A stretch of DNA of 64,000 nt from Negaprion brevirostris (Eukaryota), in contig JARDVH010000073.1 of NCBI GenBank assembly GCA_030324005.1, positions 23,109,579 through 23,173,578 on the forward strand. Reading direction: 5' to 3'. Below the pieces are notes generated by a model. It saw nothing but the letters and a program-made list of their open reading frames with translations, ran no database searches and was not told where the DNA came from. Each line of letters starts with the position of its first letter. Position 1 is the stretch's first letter. A program made the position numbers and the translations under genes. Below, piece by piece: positions 1-13,246 of this stretch.

Positions 1-1781
1 GGGGGTTTGGGGAAGACCAGGCACAGGTCTGTTGGCCTCGGGCAGATGTTTCGGCTTTGAGGTGAGTGCAGCCGGAGGATCCCTCCCATTAACTCTGAAA
101 GCATGTCTGTCTGTAAAACTCTGCAGTGTTAATGTAAGACTACTTATGACACTAATAAATAAACTTTAAACTGTTTGTGTTTGTGTTTAACATCAATAAA
201 ACCAATTAAACTTGGTTTTAAACTTTGTTGCTATACCACTGTGGGGAGAGTTGCAGAAATTCCACTAGCTCTTCGGTGAGATCTCGAAACTTGTAGACAA
301 CCTTTTCTGAAATGTAAACTTTTCTTTAATAGAAAAATGATCTTCTGCCTCAATAAGTGCTGCTTCCTCATCAGATGCAGCAGCATTACTAGACTTTTCT
401 TCCAGACAGTGATAGGCTCCCTATTTCAGCCCTGGCTCACACCAGGAGCCCAGGCTGCTTAGTTCTAACCTTGTAAAAAAGACTTTGTGGGGACTGGCAG
501 TGAGGGGAGGGCACGCTGGCATTGGCATTGTGGGTAGAAGTGCCGTCCCCTGAATTCTGCCAGTATATGAAAATGGAGACCTCCGCCTTCTAATGAGTCA
601 TTAACAGGATATCTGATATTTCAGTTCTAGTCCACAAAGCTGAATGTGTGCCATTAATGTAAATCAAGTGGAAATGGACAAAATCCAAGCATAAAGCTGG
701 CAGCGGACATCCTTCAAATACATCCATGTGCTATCGTTGAATCTCAACCAATGAAGCAAGTTATTGGAGCTTAGAAATGATGGTTTATATAATACCAACA
801 CATAAAACACCTACTATATTTATCTATAATTCTAACAGAGACATCAACTCATCTTACCTGCACTAAAATAGGCCTNNNNNNNNNNNNNNNNNNNNNNNNN
901 NNNNNNNNNNNNNNNNNNNNNNNNNNNNNNNNNNNNNNNNNNNNNNNNNNNNNNNNNNNNNNNNNNNNNNNNNNNNNNNNNNNNNNNNNNNNNNNNNNNN
1001 NNNNNNNNNNNNNNNNNNNNNNNNNNNNNNNNNNNNNNNNNNNNNNNNNNNNNNNNNNNNNNNNNNNNNNNNNNNNNNNNNNNNNNNNNNNNNNNNNNNN
1101 NNNNNNNNNNNNNNNNNNNNNNNNNNNNNNNNNNNNNNNNNNNNNNNNNNNNNNNNNNNNNNNNNNNNNNNNNNNNNNNNNNNNNNNNNNNNNNNNNNNN
1201 NAACTTCATTGCAATGTTAATGTAAACCTTACTTGTGACTAATAAATAAAGTTTAACTCTGGAGGGAGGTATACAGCCACATGCAGCCTCGGTCACCAAC
1301 TGCTTCCCTTCTTAATTATTTTCTTAAAATTTCTTTTACGGGATGTTGGCCTCGCTAGTTAGGCCAGCATTTATTGCCCATCCCTAATTACCCTTGAGAA
1401 GGTGATGCTGAGAGGACCGGATTGCAGGTAGCAGCACTCGGAGGAGGGAATAGAGTCTCAAAGATTTGTTTCAGCTCATCTTGGATTTGCTCCACTGCTC
1501 AGTGAGGTCTTCATTGATTCAGTCTCCACCCCAGCACTGTGGTGAGATTCCTTCCATGGTTTCCCACTGCTCTAACATAGGTCTGTATGACCCAACCAGT
1601 GCTTTTTTTACAGTGGTCTCTCCGAATCCCTCACCCACTCTCTCTCTGCTCTCCTAACCTGTGGCCTCTGTCTAGGAAAGATTTCTATTCAAAGTTTAAT
1701 ACAAAACAGAGTAAGCAGTGATTCACCCTGATAACTTGGAGAATCATCTTACATAAGGGATGTTACTATAACTGTTTAATA

Positions 1782-1914
1782 AGGTGGAATTTGATTTAGA
1801 CTGTCCCGCCCGCCATGAGAATTGGGGCAGGTGAAGGGCAGACCATGGAAAGGTCCACTGACCTCGGGTGGGATTTTATGATTTTGGGACGAGCAAGGCT
1901 ATAAAATTGCACCC
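1782..1914. mobile_element. Short Harbinger-type MITE, about 125-bp subfamily
   Basis: Shares ccatggaaaggtccactgacctcgggtgggatttt..aaaattgcaccc with the copies at 20060 and 55705. Confidence 0.65.
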
Positions 1915-1917
1915 AAG

Positions 1918-2195
1918 GAGTCATAGAGATATACAGCATGGAAACAGGCCAATTCGTCCACACTGACCAGGTTTCCTTAACTGAATTAGTCCCATTTGCC
2001 TGCATTTGACCCGTATCTCTCTAAACTTTTTGTATCCATGTACCTGTCCAATTGTTGGAATTTGTACCCACCTCTACCGACTCCTCTGGCAGCTCATTCC
2101 ATTTAAGCACCACCCTCTGTGTGAAAAATTTGCCCCTCAGGTCCCTTTTGAATCTTTCCCCTCTCACCCTAAGCCCTTTAGATTTGGGATCCCCT
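1918..2195 (-). mobile_element. CR1/HER1-like LINE 3' fragment
   Basis: caccaccctctgtgtgaaaaatttgcccctcaggtcccttttgaatct is the reverse complement of the CR1 ORF2 end; 3' microsatellite tail present. Confidence 0.75.
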
Positions 2196-2520
2196 ACCCT
2201 AAGGAAAATTTAAGCAAGCATTCATTGAATGTAGGTTAAATATAACAATTAGTGTAGGTTATAGAAACTGTGGAATGTGTACTTTATAGTTACCGAATGA
2301 AGCAGAAACTTAAAGATAGATAAATACATGTAAACATTCTTGCGTACACATATTTTATGTTATGTGGACCTATATTTTTGTTAGATATATTTTCTCACAT
2401 GCAGTAACAATTAAAATGTGTCAGTAACGTTTGTCTTGTGGCTCTCAAATGTCTGAAGATTGTGTGGCTCTAAGTTTCTGAAAGTTTGGATACTCCGTTC
2501 TTGTGCGTTCATCTGCTGAT

Positions 2521-2712
2521 AATCATAGAATCCTACAGTGCAGAAGGAGGCTATTTGGCCGATCAAGTCTAGACTGACCAAAATTCCACCCAGGCTCTAT
2601 CCCCATAACCCCATGCATTTACCTTAGCTAGTTCCCCTGACATTAAGGGGCAATTTGAGCATGACAAATCCACCTATCCTGGATATCTTTAGAATGTGGG
2701 AGAAAACCCACT
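2521..2712 (-). mobile_element. HE1-type SINE, 3' half (CR1/HER1-type tail)
   Basis: aatcatagaatcctacagtgcagaaggagg.. is the reverse complement of the HE1 tail. Confidence 0.85.
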
Positions 2713-3811
2713 ACCCAAGTGGCACACCCCCCCACTTATCCCAGACCTCCTGGAGTGGGGGAGGGGGGTGGCTGGCGCTTAAAGGCCTCTGTTCCCTCCA
2801 GTGGGGTAAAAAGTGTAAAAAGCAATTCTCAACCTAATTGTTCTTTAAGGCACTTTAATTGTATTCATTTTATAATAATAACTTTCATTTTTTTTTCAAA
2901 TAAGTTCCTCAGAAACCTATTTGTGCATTAATAAGGCATTTCAACTTGCCGGTTTTATTTTCTGTTTGTGTCTCTAAATATTGAATAAAATAGTCTTTGT
3001 TTATATAGACCCTGATGATTGAATGTTCATTCATTATTTCACATTTATCATTACATTTCTATCCACAGGTCACCGAGAAATTGATTAACTTTCTTATTCT
3101 CACTGTCAATTAGAGTAATTGTATAAAGTTGTGTCAACTCATTCAACTAAATAAGTTATGTAAGCTATCAGTAAAGTGCAGTCTGCAGGAGTGCTGATAG
3201 GCCTGAAAAAAGGGATAGTTGGACAGAGGAATATATCTTATGTAGATTGTGCATGGGGTAGAAAAGAATACTGTTCTCCACCTCCTTAACGAGGGGTTAA
3301 GCTCAAAATACCAGCAGGCTATGCTAAAGGCCTCTTTCCAACAAACCATAATGAGGGGCTTTTATAGACTGACAAAGTGTATGCCACTTCTGAAGGTCTG
3401 TTGTTGCAACTCAATCCTTTGAGATTGAACCTTCTCGCTGAGAAAATGAGGCATTTCTTCACACTTTTGACTGTTGAGAAGAAAAATAAACTTCAAAGCA
3501 AGAGTGGTTTAATCAAAGCTTCACTGTTGTAAAATGCAAAATGGCATCACTGTGATTTGTCCAGAGGGAAGATGCCATTATTATGACAGCTTGCATTTTT
3601 AGATCATCCTTTCAACTTCTGAATCTCCTTCGTTGAACATATATTCCAACATACGATATTTTGTTAGAATGTGGTCCGTACAATTAATTGGGAATATTGA
3701 ATATGCACAAAAAATAAAAGCCTTATAGATTCTCCATGACTCTGATTGCAATACCAGATTCAATGGGGACAGTTAGCACAGGTGACTTGCAAAGAGTGCT
3801 ACAAAAATATT

Positions 3812-4022
3812 GGGTAGGATTGTCTGGGCACCCCCAGCATGTTTCTTGGCGGAGAGAGGGAGCCCGCCTTTGGCTGGCTACAGGATCTTCTGGTCCCACT
3901 GCTGTTAGTGGGATTTCCTATTGAATCCAACGCAATCCGGTGACTGGGAAACCCATTGTGGGGGTGCGCCGTTGCCGGAATTGGAAAATCCCCTTGGTGG
4001 GAAGGGTGAGAAAGTCCTGTCC
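3812..4022. mobile_element. PIF/Harbinger-type MITE
   Basis: 14-bp imperfect TIRs gggtaggattgtct / agaaagtcctgtcc; exact 3-bp TSD ATT. Confidence 0.75.
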
Positions 4023-4192
4023 ATTGAGTGTAAATGGGCTGCAAGCCCTGATGTCATTTCCTGCCCCTGCATCAGCTCCGATCTCCCCGTCCCTTTGTCT
4101 GGCCAGGCCCCATCTCCCGAATCTCCACNNNNNNNNNNNNNNNNNNNNNNNNNNNNNNNNNNNNNNNNNNNNNNNNNNNNNNNNNNNNNNNN

Positions 4193-4326
4193 GACGTATA
4201 AGATAATGAAGGGGATGGAGAGGGTAGAGGTCGAGAGATTCTTCCCGCTCAGAAAAGACAGTAGGACTAGAGGGCACAGCCTCAAGATAAGGGGGTGGCA
4301 GTTTAGAATGGAGTTGAGGAGGAATT
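4193..4326 (+). mobile_element. CR1 ORF2 C-terminal fragment
   Basis: TYKIMKGMERVEVERFFPLRKDSRTRGHSLKIRG; a related fragment lies at 38200-38311. Confidence 0.8.
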
Positions 4327-5015
4327 AGGCTGCCACTGCCCGAGGGGAAAATCGCCTTACCACTGAAATTCTGGGGGAGGTGGAAGCGCAATGGCCTATG
4401 TTCCCTTATAAAACAAAGTGTATTTAACCTGGATTATATACTGTAGCTTGCCTATCATCTCCTCCCCTACAACAAAACTTCAAAATCCAAATACTTATCT
4501 GCACTCATTAACTTCAGTGGAAGTAAAAGATAGTGAAGGTGTGAAGTGAGCTGTCGATTCACTATCATCCATTTTATGCCATCGCACAAAGTCAACAGGC
4601 GCAGTCTTATCCAGTGTTCACACCACGCTCCTGTTGCTGCAAGGTCAGAGAATTTGGCAGTCAGCCAAATCTCTGTTCCCTGCAGCAGGATGAGAAAATC
4701 TCACCAACGTGAATGGTGATAAGGTTCCAGCCAACATCTGTGGCTGCTTCTCTGTCCTCCTTTAAAAACACTCATACTTTCAGGAAATCATTTTGGAAAT
4801 GCCATACGTCAGTTAAATCTGAAATCTTGGTCCTACACTATTTTTATGTAAAAGCAATTTAGGGAGAATGTCTTTTCCCTTGTTAATCAACTATGTGAGA
4901 TGCATGTTGAAACTTTCTTGGAAATCAATTCAGAATCCTTGGACCCTGTCACCAAATTCCAATATTTGTGTTGCTAAGAAGCCAATTTGGAGAGCTTGAA
5001 ACAATCAACTTGGAT

Positions 5016-5241
5016 AATCATAGAATCCTTACAGCGCAGAAGGAGGCTATTCAGCTCCTCGAGTCTGCACTGAACACAATCCCACCCAGGCCCCACTTCT
5101 GTAACTCCACATATTTATCCTATTAATCCCCTGGCACTTGGGTCAATTTAACATGGTCAATCAACCTAACCTGCATATCTTTGGACTGTGGGAGGAAACC
5201 GGAACACCCAGAGGAAACTCACACCGGCACAGGGAGAACAC
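5016..5241 (-). mobile_element. HE1-type SINE, 5'-truncated
   Basis: HE1 tail plus V-domain (tctttggactgtgggaggaaaccgga). Confidence 0.85.
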
Positions 5242-5384
5242 ATTCCATGTGTTAAAAACTCAGCTGATAATTAATTGATAGATTTATTTGATAAACCCCA
5301 ACCTGGAGAGAAAGATTTTGGTTAATAACAATTCTCCTAAATCAGCAAAATTTTTACTGACACAGGATTCTTCTCTTATAATAC

Positions 5385-5409
5385 TTTATATATATATATA
5401 TATATATAT
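5385..5409. repeat. (TA)n microsatellite
   Basis: Seen directly. Confidence 0.95.
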
Positions 5410-6250
5410 TAAAAAATGGGATTTGCTGAAACAACTTTCCAGTTACCAAGTTCAAGAGGAGAGGGTTGGGTGTACATTGACTTAACACAATAACTACAAG
5501 AGGAATACATTTTCTAAACTCATGCTTTTTCAGCAGTTAGAATTTCCTCTCATCAGCAGTGAATTCATAAAAGGATCAGGGAAAGAATTCATACTTTGGA
5601 AATGTAACAAAGCTGATGCTTTGCAGATTATTTCACGGTAAATTTATTGGTCAACAACTTGCACTTGATTTCAGAAAGATGGAATGCAATCTATTCTACA
5701 AGAAGAAAGTAGAATGTTCTCGCAGGAAATAAGGGAAAACTGCACGTCGACTTTCATTTGTTGGAGTAAGTGATCTTACAATAGTTATATATCTGCTCTT
5801 AAGTTGACAGTTTTGCATTAAGTGTGTCTATGATGAAAAAGAAGTTAAACATTTTACAAGAAGAGCTTTAAGTTAAAATGCCTTGTGAGTTCTGGCTCTC
5901 CGAGGGCCAATCCTCTGAATAGGATCCAATATAATCAGTGTTTCCAGCTGGACCTGTGCTTGTACTGAGGCATCTGAGCCCTGCTGGATTCCATACAGTT
6001 GGATAATTTATACAATCTGAGTAAGCCCTCTGCATATTTTTTTCCCCATTCACACAGTGCATTTGGTCATCTTTGGAGGAAGGGAAACTGGATTCCCAGA
6101 ATGAACTGTTGACCGTGTAATGAGAGCAGCCATTTTTGTTGAGAGGCTGATTTACTGTACATGGCTGAAAGATCTGTTACTCCATTCAGGGAGATGAATT
6201 TGGAGGTTTTCACCATGGGATTTCTGACAAATAGAATTAGCAGTCAAGCT

Positions 6251-7095
6251 GCACGGTGGCACAGTGATTAGCAATGCTGTTGCACAGCGCCAAGGACCTG
6301 GGTTCGATTCCCAGCTTGGGTCACTGTCTGTGCGGAGTCTGCACGTTCTCCACATGTCTGCGTGGGTTTCCGCTGAGTGCACTGGTTTCCTCTGAAAGTC
6401 GGGAGATAATACTGCAGCTTTATAAGACCCTGGTCAGACCCGACTTGGAGTACTGTGCTCAGTTCTGGTCGCTTCATTACAGGAATGATGTGGAAGCCAT
6501 TGAAAGGGTGCAGAGGAAATTTACAAGGATNNNNNNNNNNNNNNNNNNNNNNNNNNNNNNNNNNNNNNNNNNNNNNNNNNNNNNNNNNNNNNNNNNNNNN
6601 NNNNNNNNNNNNNNNNNNNNNNNNNNNNNNNNNNNNNNNNNNNNNNNNNNNNNNNNNNNNNNNNNNNNNNNNNNNNNNNNNNNNNNNNNNNNNNNNNNNG
6701 TTTAAGGTGCTGGGGAATAGGTACAGAGGAGATGTCAGGGGTAAGTTTTTCACTCAGAGGGTGGTGGGTGAGTGGAATCGGCTGCTGTAGGTGGTGGTGG
6801 AGGCAAATTCGATAGGGTCTTTTAAGAGACTTCTGGATGAGTACATGGGACTTTATAGGATTGAGGGTTATAGGTAAGCCTAATAGGTAGAGATCTGATC
6901 GGCACAACTTGTGGGCCAAAGGGCCTGTTTGTGCAATAGTTTTTCTATGTTCTATGCTGGTTAGGTGAATTGGCCATGCTAAATTCTCTCTTACTGTACC
7001 CAAACTGGCTCCGGAGTTTGGCAACTTGGGGATTTTCATAGTAACTGCATTGCAGTGTTAATGTAAGCCTATTTGTGACAAAAATAAATAAACTG
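6251..7095 (+). mobile_element. HE1-type SINE (alternative tail) split by a CR1 LINE 3' fragment at 6399-6956
   Basis: tRNA head with A/B boxes at 6251-6310. CR1 peptide ILQLYKTLVRPDLEYCAQFWS inside. SINE resumes at ctggttaggtgaattggcc and ends tgtgacaaaaataaataaact. Confidence 0.85.
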
Positions 7096-7850
7096 AAAAA
7101 GTACCGAGTGCCGTGTTTTCGGGGAGCACCTAGTGGTAGATTTGCATAAAAAGAGTGGTTACTTGCAAAACAAAGCTGTGGTTAAGTAGCAGAAAAAGAA
7201 ACCAGACACACAAAGAAGCAAACCTGCACTAAGTTCACATTGGCAAGTCCAAAATAGGAAAGAAATCCAAGTATCAGAAATCAGTCAAGCTAACTTCAAA
7301 TAATGAACTCCTGGGTGAACAGCTTGGGGAGCGCTCAGCATCTGTTTCACTGAATGCACTCGGTGAATCAGGGGTTGCGCTGCAGAAGACCATAAAAAAT
7401 TTGTCGTGAGGCTAATTACAATGCATTAACATTTTTCTGTAGATTCCATGGAATTCAAGAGGGTGCGGCTAATGTTGAAGCGAGCACACCTCAGAAATGA
7501 TATCTCAAAAGCTACCAAAACATCTCCAACTGAGTGGGTAGTGATGTGAGAAATATGCTGAGGACTATCTGTCTTTATAAGACCCTCACACGTTTTGACA
7601 TTGTTCTTTCCACTTCTCCCGATTCGATTACACACTCTGAAAACTTTACATGTTTACTGTCGTTCTATTATGTCAAAATATTCAAAAGCTGCACCACTGC
7701 TTGAAAGGCTCAAGACAGTAAGGTAGAACTATTATTGGTTCTGAAATGATGTTTCATCAATTTTAACCCAAGTGCCCTTGAGATGAGCAGTCACAACTTA
7801 ACTTAAAGTAATTTCCTGGATTAACATTCTTCATACCATTTACTATCTTT

Positions 7851-8149
7851 AAGTCTATTTATTAGTTTCACAAGCAGCTTACATTAACACTGCAACAAAG
7901 TTACCATGAGAATCCTCTCATCACCACACTCCAGCGCTTGTTCGGGTAAACTGAGGGAGAATTTTGCACGGCCAATGCACCTAACAAGCACTTCTTTCAA
8001 ACTATGGGAGGAAATCAGAGCACCCGGAGAAAACCCATGCAGACACAGGGAAATGTGCAAATTTCACACAGACAGTGACCGAAGCCAGGGATCGAACCCA
8101 GGTCCCGGGCGCTGTGAGGCAGCAGTGCTAACCACTGTACCACCATGCC
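7851..8149 (-). mobile_element. HE1-type SINE, full length, alternative tail
   Basis: Head, V-domain and tail tttattagtttcacaag on the plus strand. Confidence 0.85.
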
Positions 8150-8222
8150 AGACCTGCTAAGAATTTCCAGCATTTTCTCTTTTGGTTTCAGATTTCAGCA
8201 TCTGCAGTAATTTGCCTTTATC
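8150..8222 (+). mobile_element. Short Penelope-like repeat fragment
   Basis: gacctgctaagaatttccagcattttctcttttggtttcagatttcagcatctgcagtaatttgc resembles a common shark PLE-associated repeat end. Flanked by a 27-bp duplication of the SINE head. Confidence 0.55.
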
Positions 8223-8987
8223 CAGTGCTAACCCCTGTGCCACCGTGCCGTCCTAGCTTTGTAGTGTTATAAAATCACCTCTCAGATACTTCATACTGTG
8301 ACTGAGAGGATTAAATTTTATCATGTCAAGGCACAACACCCTTATTAAAATGCAGTACCATCAGTCCACTTTAGACAGATTTCATATAAAACTTCATCTT
8401 TATATAACATGATTAGTACAGTAGATTTGCCAGAAATTCTATAAAAATATTTCTATTTCTACTTCTATTATTTAAATGGCTAGACACGGGGTTGGAATGA
8501 GTTTACCATGCAGTAGTAAATAGATTGATTTATTCTCCTTTACTACATCAACAGTTTTGCAATTAATGTTTCTAATGCTAAATACCAATGAAAGGAAATT
8601 CCTGTGTACATTAATAAGGAGGAATGAAATAACGACTTAGTAATGTGAGATAAATAAAATTGGGGCAACCAATACAACTAACTCTTGCATTGAATATTTT
8701 TACAAATGCTTTCCCTTTTTCAGTTGCTATCACCCCTTAACCCTTCTCTGCTGAAAATAGTGACTCATGACAGGATTTTGTTGGCAGCAACAACACTTAA
8801 CTGCCTTGTCCAAATAGCCGTTACTCATAAAGCCATGCAGTGAGTGTTTGCAGTCTATTCAACCACACAGGTTATGACAGCCAAACCTAATTGAATGTTC
8901 ACCCATTATCCACACATGTTCAGCTGCAGCATTTATCACTCGATAATTTACTTAGAGAATGGTTAAAATGTGGATCTCCCTACAACA

Positions 8988-9424
8988 ATATGAGCAACGG
9001 TCGAGGACTCTGGGTCCGTACTCGTTGGAGCTTAGAAGGATGAGGGAGGTTCTTATTGAAACTTACAGGATACTGCGAGGCCTGGATAGAGTGGACACGG
9101 AGAGGATGGTTCCAATAATAGGAAAAACTAGAACCAGGCGGTACAACGTCAGGCGAATGGGATGATCCCTTAAAACAGAGATGAGGAGGAATTTCTTCAG
9201 CCAGGGAGTGGTGAATCCGTCGAACTCTTTGCCGCAGAAGGCTGTGGAGGCCAGGTCATTGAGTGACTTTAAGACAGAGATGGATAGGTTCTTGATTAAT
9301 AAGGGGATTTGGAGTTATGGGGAAAAGGCAGGAGAATGGGGATGAGAAAAATGGGGATGAGAATGGCGGAGAGAGTCGATAGGCCAAGTAGCCTAATTCT
9401 GCTCCAGTGTCTTATGGTCTTATG
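8988..9424 (+). mobile_element. CR1 LINE 3' fragment
   Basis: YSLELRRMREVLIETYRILRGLDRVD..; 3' UTR ending tcttatggtcttatg. Confidence 0.85.
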
Positions 9425-12227
9425 GACAGGATTGGTTGAGGATAATAGCATTGATGCAGTTAAGGTGAAGGTACATAATCACACCAGGGCGAAGGGAAAT
9501 GGAGTCTGTGGAGAGGGCTGGATGAGGAGGGTGAGTAAGAGGAGGTTCATGAACCAAAGCTTCAAAGTCAAGTAAATGCGTGAGGTTATGGGAATGCGGC
9601 AAGGGCAGCTCTGAGTAAGGTGCTCTTTCAGAGAGTTGGTGCAGACTCAATGGGCTGAATGGCCTCCTTCTGCACAGTAGGATTGTATGTTAAATACTGG
9701 CACAGACCAGCTGGGCTGATTAGCCCGTTGATGTGTTGTGTGTTTTGTATACATAGTGATGGTGAGTGGGAATCATGGTCAATTCTCATGTCTAATTCCA
9801 GGACCCTGGAGCCCGATGCATCAATCCTCAATGATACAATCTGAGATTGTCTAACTCAGCACAGCTGAAGGATAGAACAATGAGGGTAATTGTAAACTCT
9901 GTCCATGGTAAGACACTATTGTGACACCCAAACGTCAAAGGAGAAAATTTGGGGTTGAACCTGAAATTGTTACCCAAATGGAAGCCTCTTTATAATCTGT
10001 GCACCAGGGTTCTGTGACCTACATAGAATCCTAATGCAGTTCTGTCTGGTAAACATCCACTATGTGCAAGCAGCCTGCTCTGTCTCCCCTCTCACCATAA
10101 CAAAGTGTGGCCAAATTAGAGACCACTGAAAAAGCTCTACCTACAACACTGAAACTATTCTCCCACCCATTTATTTACCTTCAGCCACATTCCCACTCTC
10201 TGGACCGACCTGATCCTTGAGTTGGAATTCTCAGCTCAGCCTCATATATGGGCTATTGAATATCCCCCATCCTCTGACTATTGAACTGACTAACAGTGCT
10301 GGAGACACTCGTTTTGAGGCTAAGTGCCCATATCGGTGGGTAAACAGGGTGCTTCCTGTTGGTGCTGTCAATGTCTGTCAAGTGGGATTCACCCAGCTGA
10401 AAGAGGCTAACAAGCTAATTTCAAGCAACACACTGGCCATTCCCGCTTTGCCGAGACCGAGCTGCCATTTTTACATGGGTTCCCCAATCTTTGCATTCAG
10501 AGACAGACCCCTTTGCCCTGAAAAATGAAATGTGTCCCCTCCCCCCACTGACCTGGGGAGCTAATGGACATTTAAGTGAGCAGGTTTGCCTATTTATCAG
10601 ATTGCCGCCCGTTCTGGACTGGAACTTGATCGCAGCCATCGGGGTGGGTTGGCTGAATCCTGAGAGCCCACTGGGAATCCTGATTTTCGGCCTGCAATGC
10701 ATTCACTGAGACACTGGGGGGTTCCCGCAGCTGTCTGAAGAGGTTGGAGAATCGGGCCCAGTATCGAGATGGATTGGCCCTCCCTTTGGCAACGCCAGGT
10801 TTTCCAATGGCTCTACCCATCCTGCCCAATGCACGGTGTGCTGAAACCACCTATTTTGGATGCCTATCACTTGTCATAGCACCCCTGGCTCCATAAGGAT
10901 CATTCCCAACCTTTTGCAGTCATCAAAAAGGTCATTTGTGATCACGTAAGAGCCAAAACCCGGGCTCCCTCAGCTTCACAGCAGAGCGAGGGATAAAATC
11001 AAAGCCCACTGTTTGAACTGTGGTGGAAATGAAGCAATAATGTACGCCTTGTAATAATGCAACACTAGTGACTTGATAAATTGCCTCACGTTATCACAAG
11101 GCAACCGTTTTGACATCTGAATATTCACTGTGACATAATAAAGAAAGTGAAATATTGGTAAAAACGATCCTTCGGAAATGACATCATTGTGCATCTGGTA
11201 TAATCAGAATTTAGCATTAAAATAACTCGTGTAGTCATGATCAGGAATGATCATCCTTACTGGCCTTACGAGCAAAGGGAATCTGGTTCCAATAAAATGT
11301 TGGCCACCCGAGCACTATTTCAGATGTTCTTGATTTCATTTCCACCAAAGTTGACAAATGTCTGTTTCACACAGCAGGAAGTACCTCAATAAACTCTTCA
11401 AGGTTTCAGGGCTTTGAGAGGTCTGCTTAACTTTAACATTTACTTGGATATGCTGCCGTGGAGGCTGTTTTCGCGGAGAAGAAATGCTCTCTGGCTCTTC
11501 CTATGATCTTTCAACTTCAAAGTTCTCAATATTTTACCTTACGGGATGATTTATTGATGCATTATGTCTTCATTAACATACTGTGGGATCAACATATGCT
11601 ACACAGCTGATAGAAACACAAATTGTCGAAATGTACTTTCCCATACATGTTTTCAAACAGATGTGGCATACACTGTATCTGGCTGACTGCCACTTCGATA
11701 AGAATAAATTCTGAAAACTATGAACTGTACAGATATTAGACAGGAGAGCATTTGAAGACTTAACATATTCAGCACATGTCCCCACTATTTAAGACATTGA
11801 ACTCTGGAGCAATGATACTGCTCAAGGGTATTTTGAGGTTTCTGAAATACGGGGTTGTTGCTTTGATGTGTGACTGGGCAATGGGCTAACAATCATTTGG
11901 AGCACCTACTCTATGTTGGCCAGCAGAAGGCCTCATCCATTTTGTTTGACCTGGTCCAAGCCAAATGATTCAAAACGCCAACAGCACATTTATTTCAGTC
12001 ACCTGAAGGGATGGTAGCCTTGCTGCATCTAGCCATGGGTGTGCATCATCCTCACTGTGGTTAGCCATCAAAAGTTGCATTAGGTTCCCCTCTATATCCA
12101 CCAGGGCCTTACCCAGTTCAAAGGTAGTGGCTGGAAAGTGCCCATCAGTTTCTTATGAATTTTAGCAGTGGGGTAAGCAATAAGTTTCCCTTTTAACTTC
12201 CATGATCTGAATCATGTATTTCCAGGT

Positions 12228-12518
12228 AGAATCCTTATAGTGTAGCAGGAGGCCATTCGGCCCATCCAGATCCTATTACCACAACCCTACATATTTACCC
12301 CGTTAGTCCCCCTGAAACTAAGGAATAATTTAGCATGGCCAATCAACCTAACCTGCACATCTTTGGAATGTGGGAAGAAACCGGAGCACTAGGAGCAAAC
12401 CCACACAGACGTGGGGACAATGTGCAAACTCCACACAGACAGCCACCCGAGGCCAGAACTGAATCTGCGTCCCTGGCGCTGTGAGACAGCAGTACTAATC
12501 GTTGTACCACCATGCTGC
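12228..12518 (-). mobile_element. HE1-type SINE
   Basis: Full head, V-domain and CR1-type tail. Confidence 0.85.
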
Positions 12519-12937
12519 ACTAGATTAAATGGACATCCAAATGTAACACCAAGATCTTACTACATTTCTCTACACAGTTACTTAGACCAATTCTCAAAAG
12601 TGTATCCCACTCCCACCATGGTGAAAATTCAATTTTGCACTATGAATAAAAATGACAATGACAATTATGTTAACTTTTACGCTCTGATTTCAATCTTCTG
12701 TAGCTAACCATTTGGGAAAGAAAGAGAGAGAGAGAGAATTACAGAGATGTTCAATTGCACTATCATACTGATGAATTCTAAGGCAGCAATTGAAGGGGTA
12801 ATGCTGCAAAACATTGTGTTGTCACTCTGAATCCAATTTGGGTGTATCGGCACAGAATATGATACTAGAAATTTAAATTTTCTATGTTTGAATAATAAAA
12901 ATGTTCACTACAAAGAACAGGCAATCTATTGAATCAA

Positions 12938-13246
12938 GGGGTGGAGGCACAGTGGTTAGCATTGCTGCTTCACAGTGCCAGGGACCTGGGTTCAATTCCG
13001 GCCTTGGGTCCCAGTCCGTGTGGAATTTGCACATTCTCCCCGTGTCTGTGACGGGGTGCTCTGGTTTCCTATCACAGTTCAAAGAAATGTGGGTTAGGTT
13101 TGTTGGCCATGGTAATTTAACTCTAGTGTCAGGGGATTAGCAGGGCAAATATGATGGGTTGTGCGAATAGGGCCTGGGTGAGATTGTGGTCAGTGCAGAC
13201 TCAATGGGCCGAATGGCCTCTTTCCCCACTGTAGGGTTTCTATGAT
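12938..13246 (+). mobile_element. HE1-type SINE
   Basis: ggcacagtggttagcattgctg..gggttcaattcc..atgggccgaatggcctc..ttctatga. Confidence 0.9.

Noticed and set aside
7443-7549. Possible plus-strand exon (SMEFKRVRLMLKRAHLRNDISKATK..) after ttttctgtag
   Set aside because: No recognisable homology and no partner exons; antisense to CPED1; compatible with chance.
12938-13010. tRNA gene calls for SINE heads
   Set aside because: A/B boxes are present but run into V-domain and LINE tails with no acceptor stem; these are tRNA-derived SINEs.
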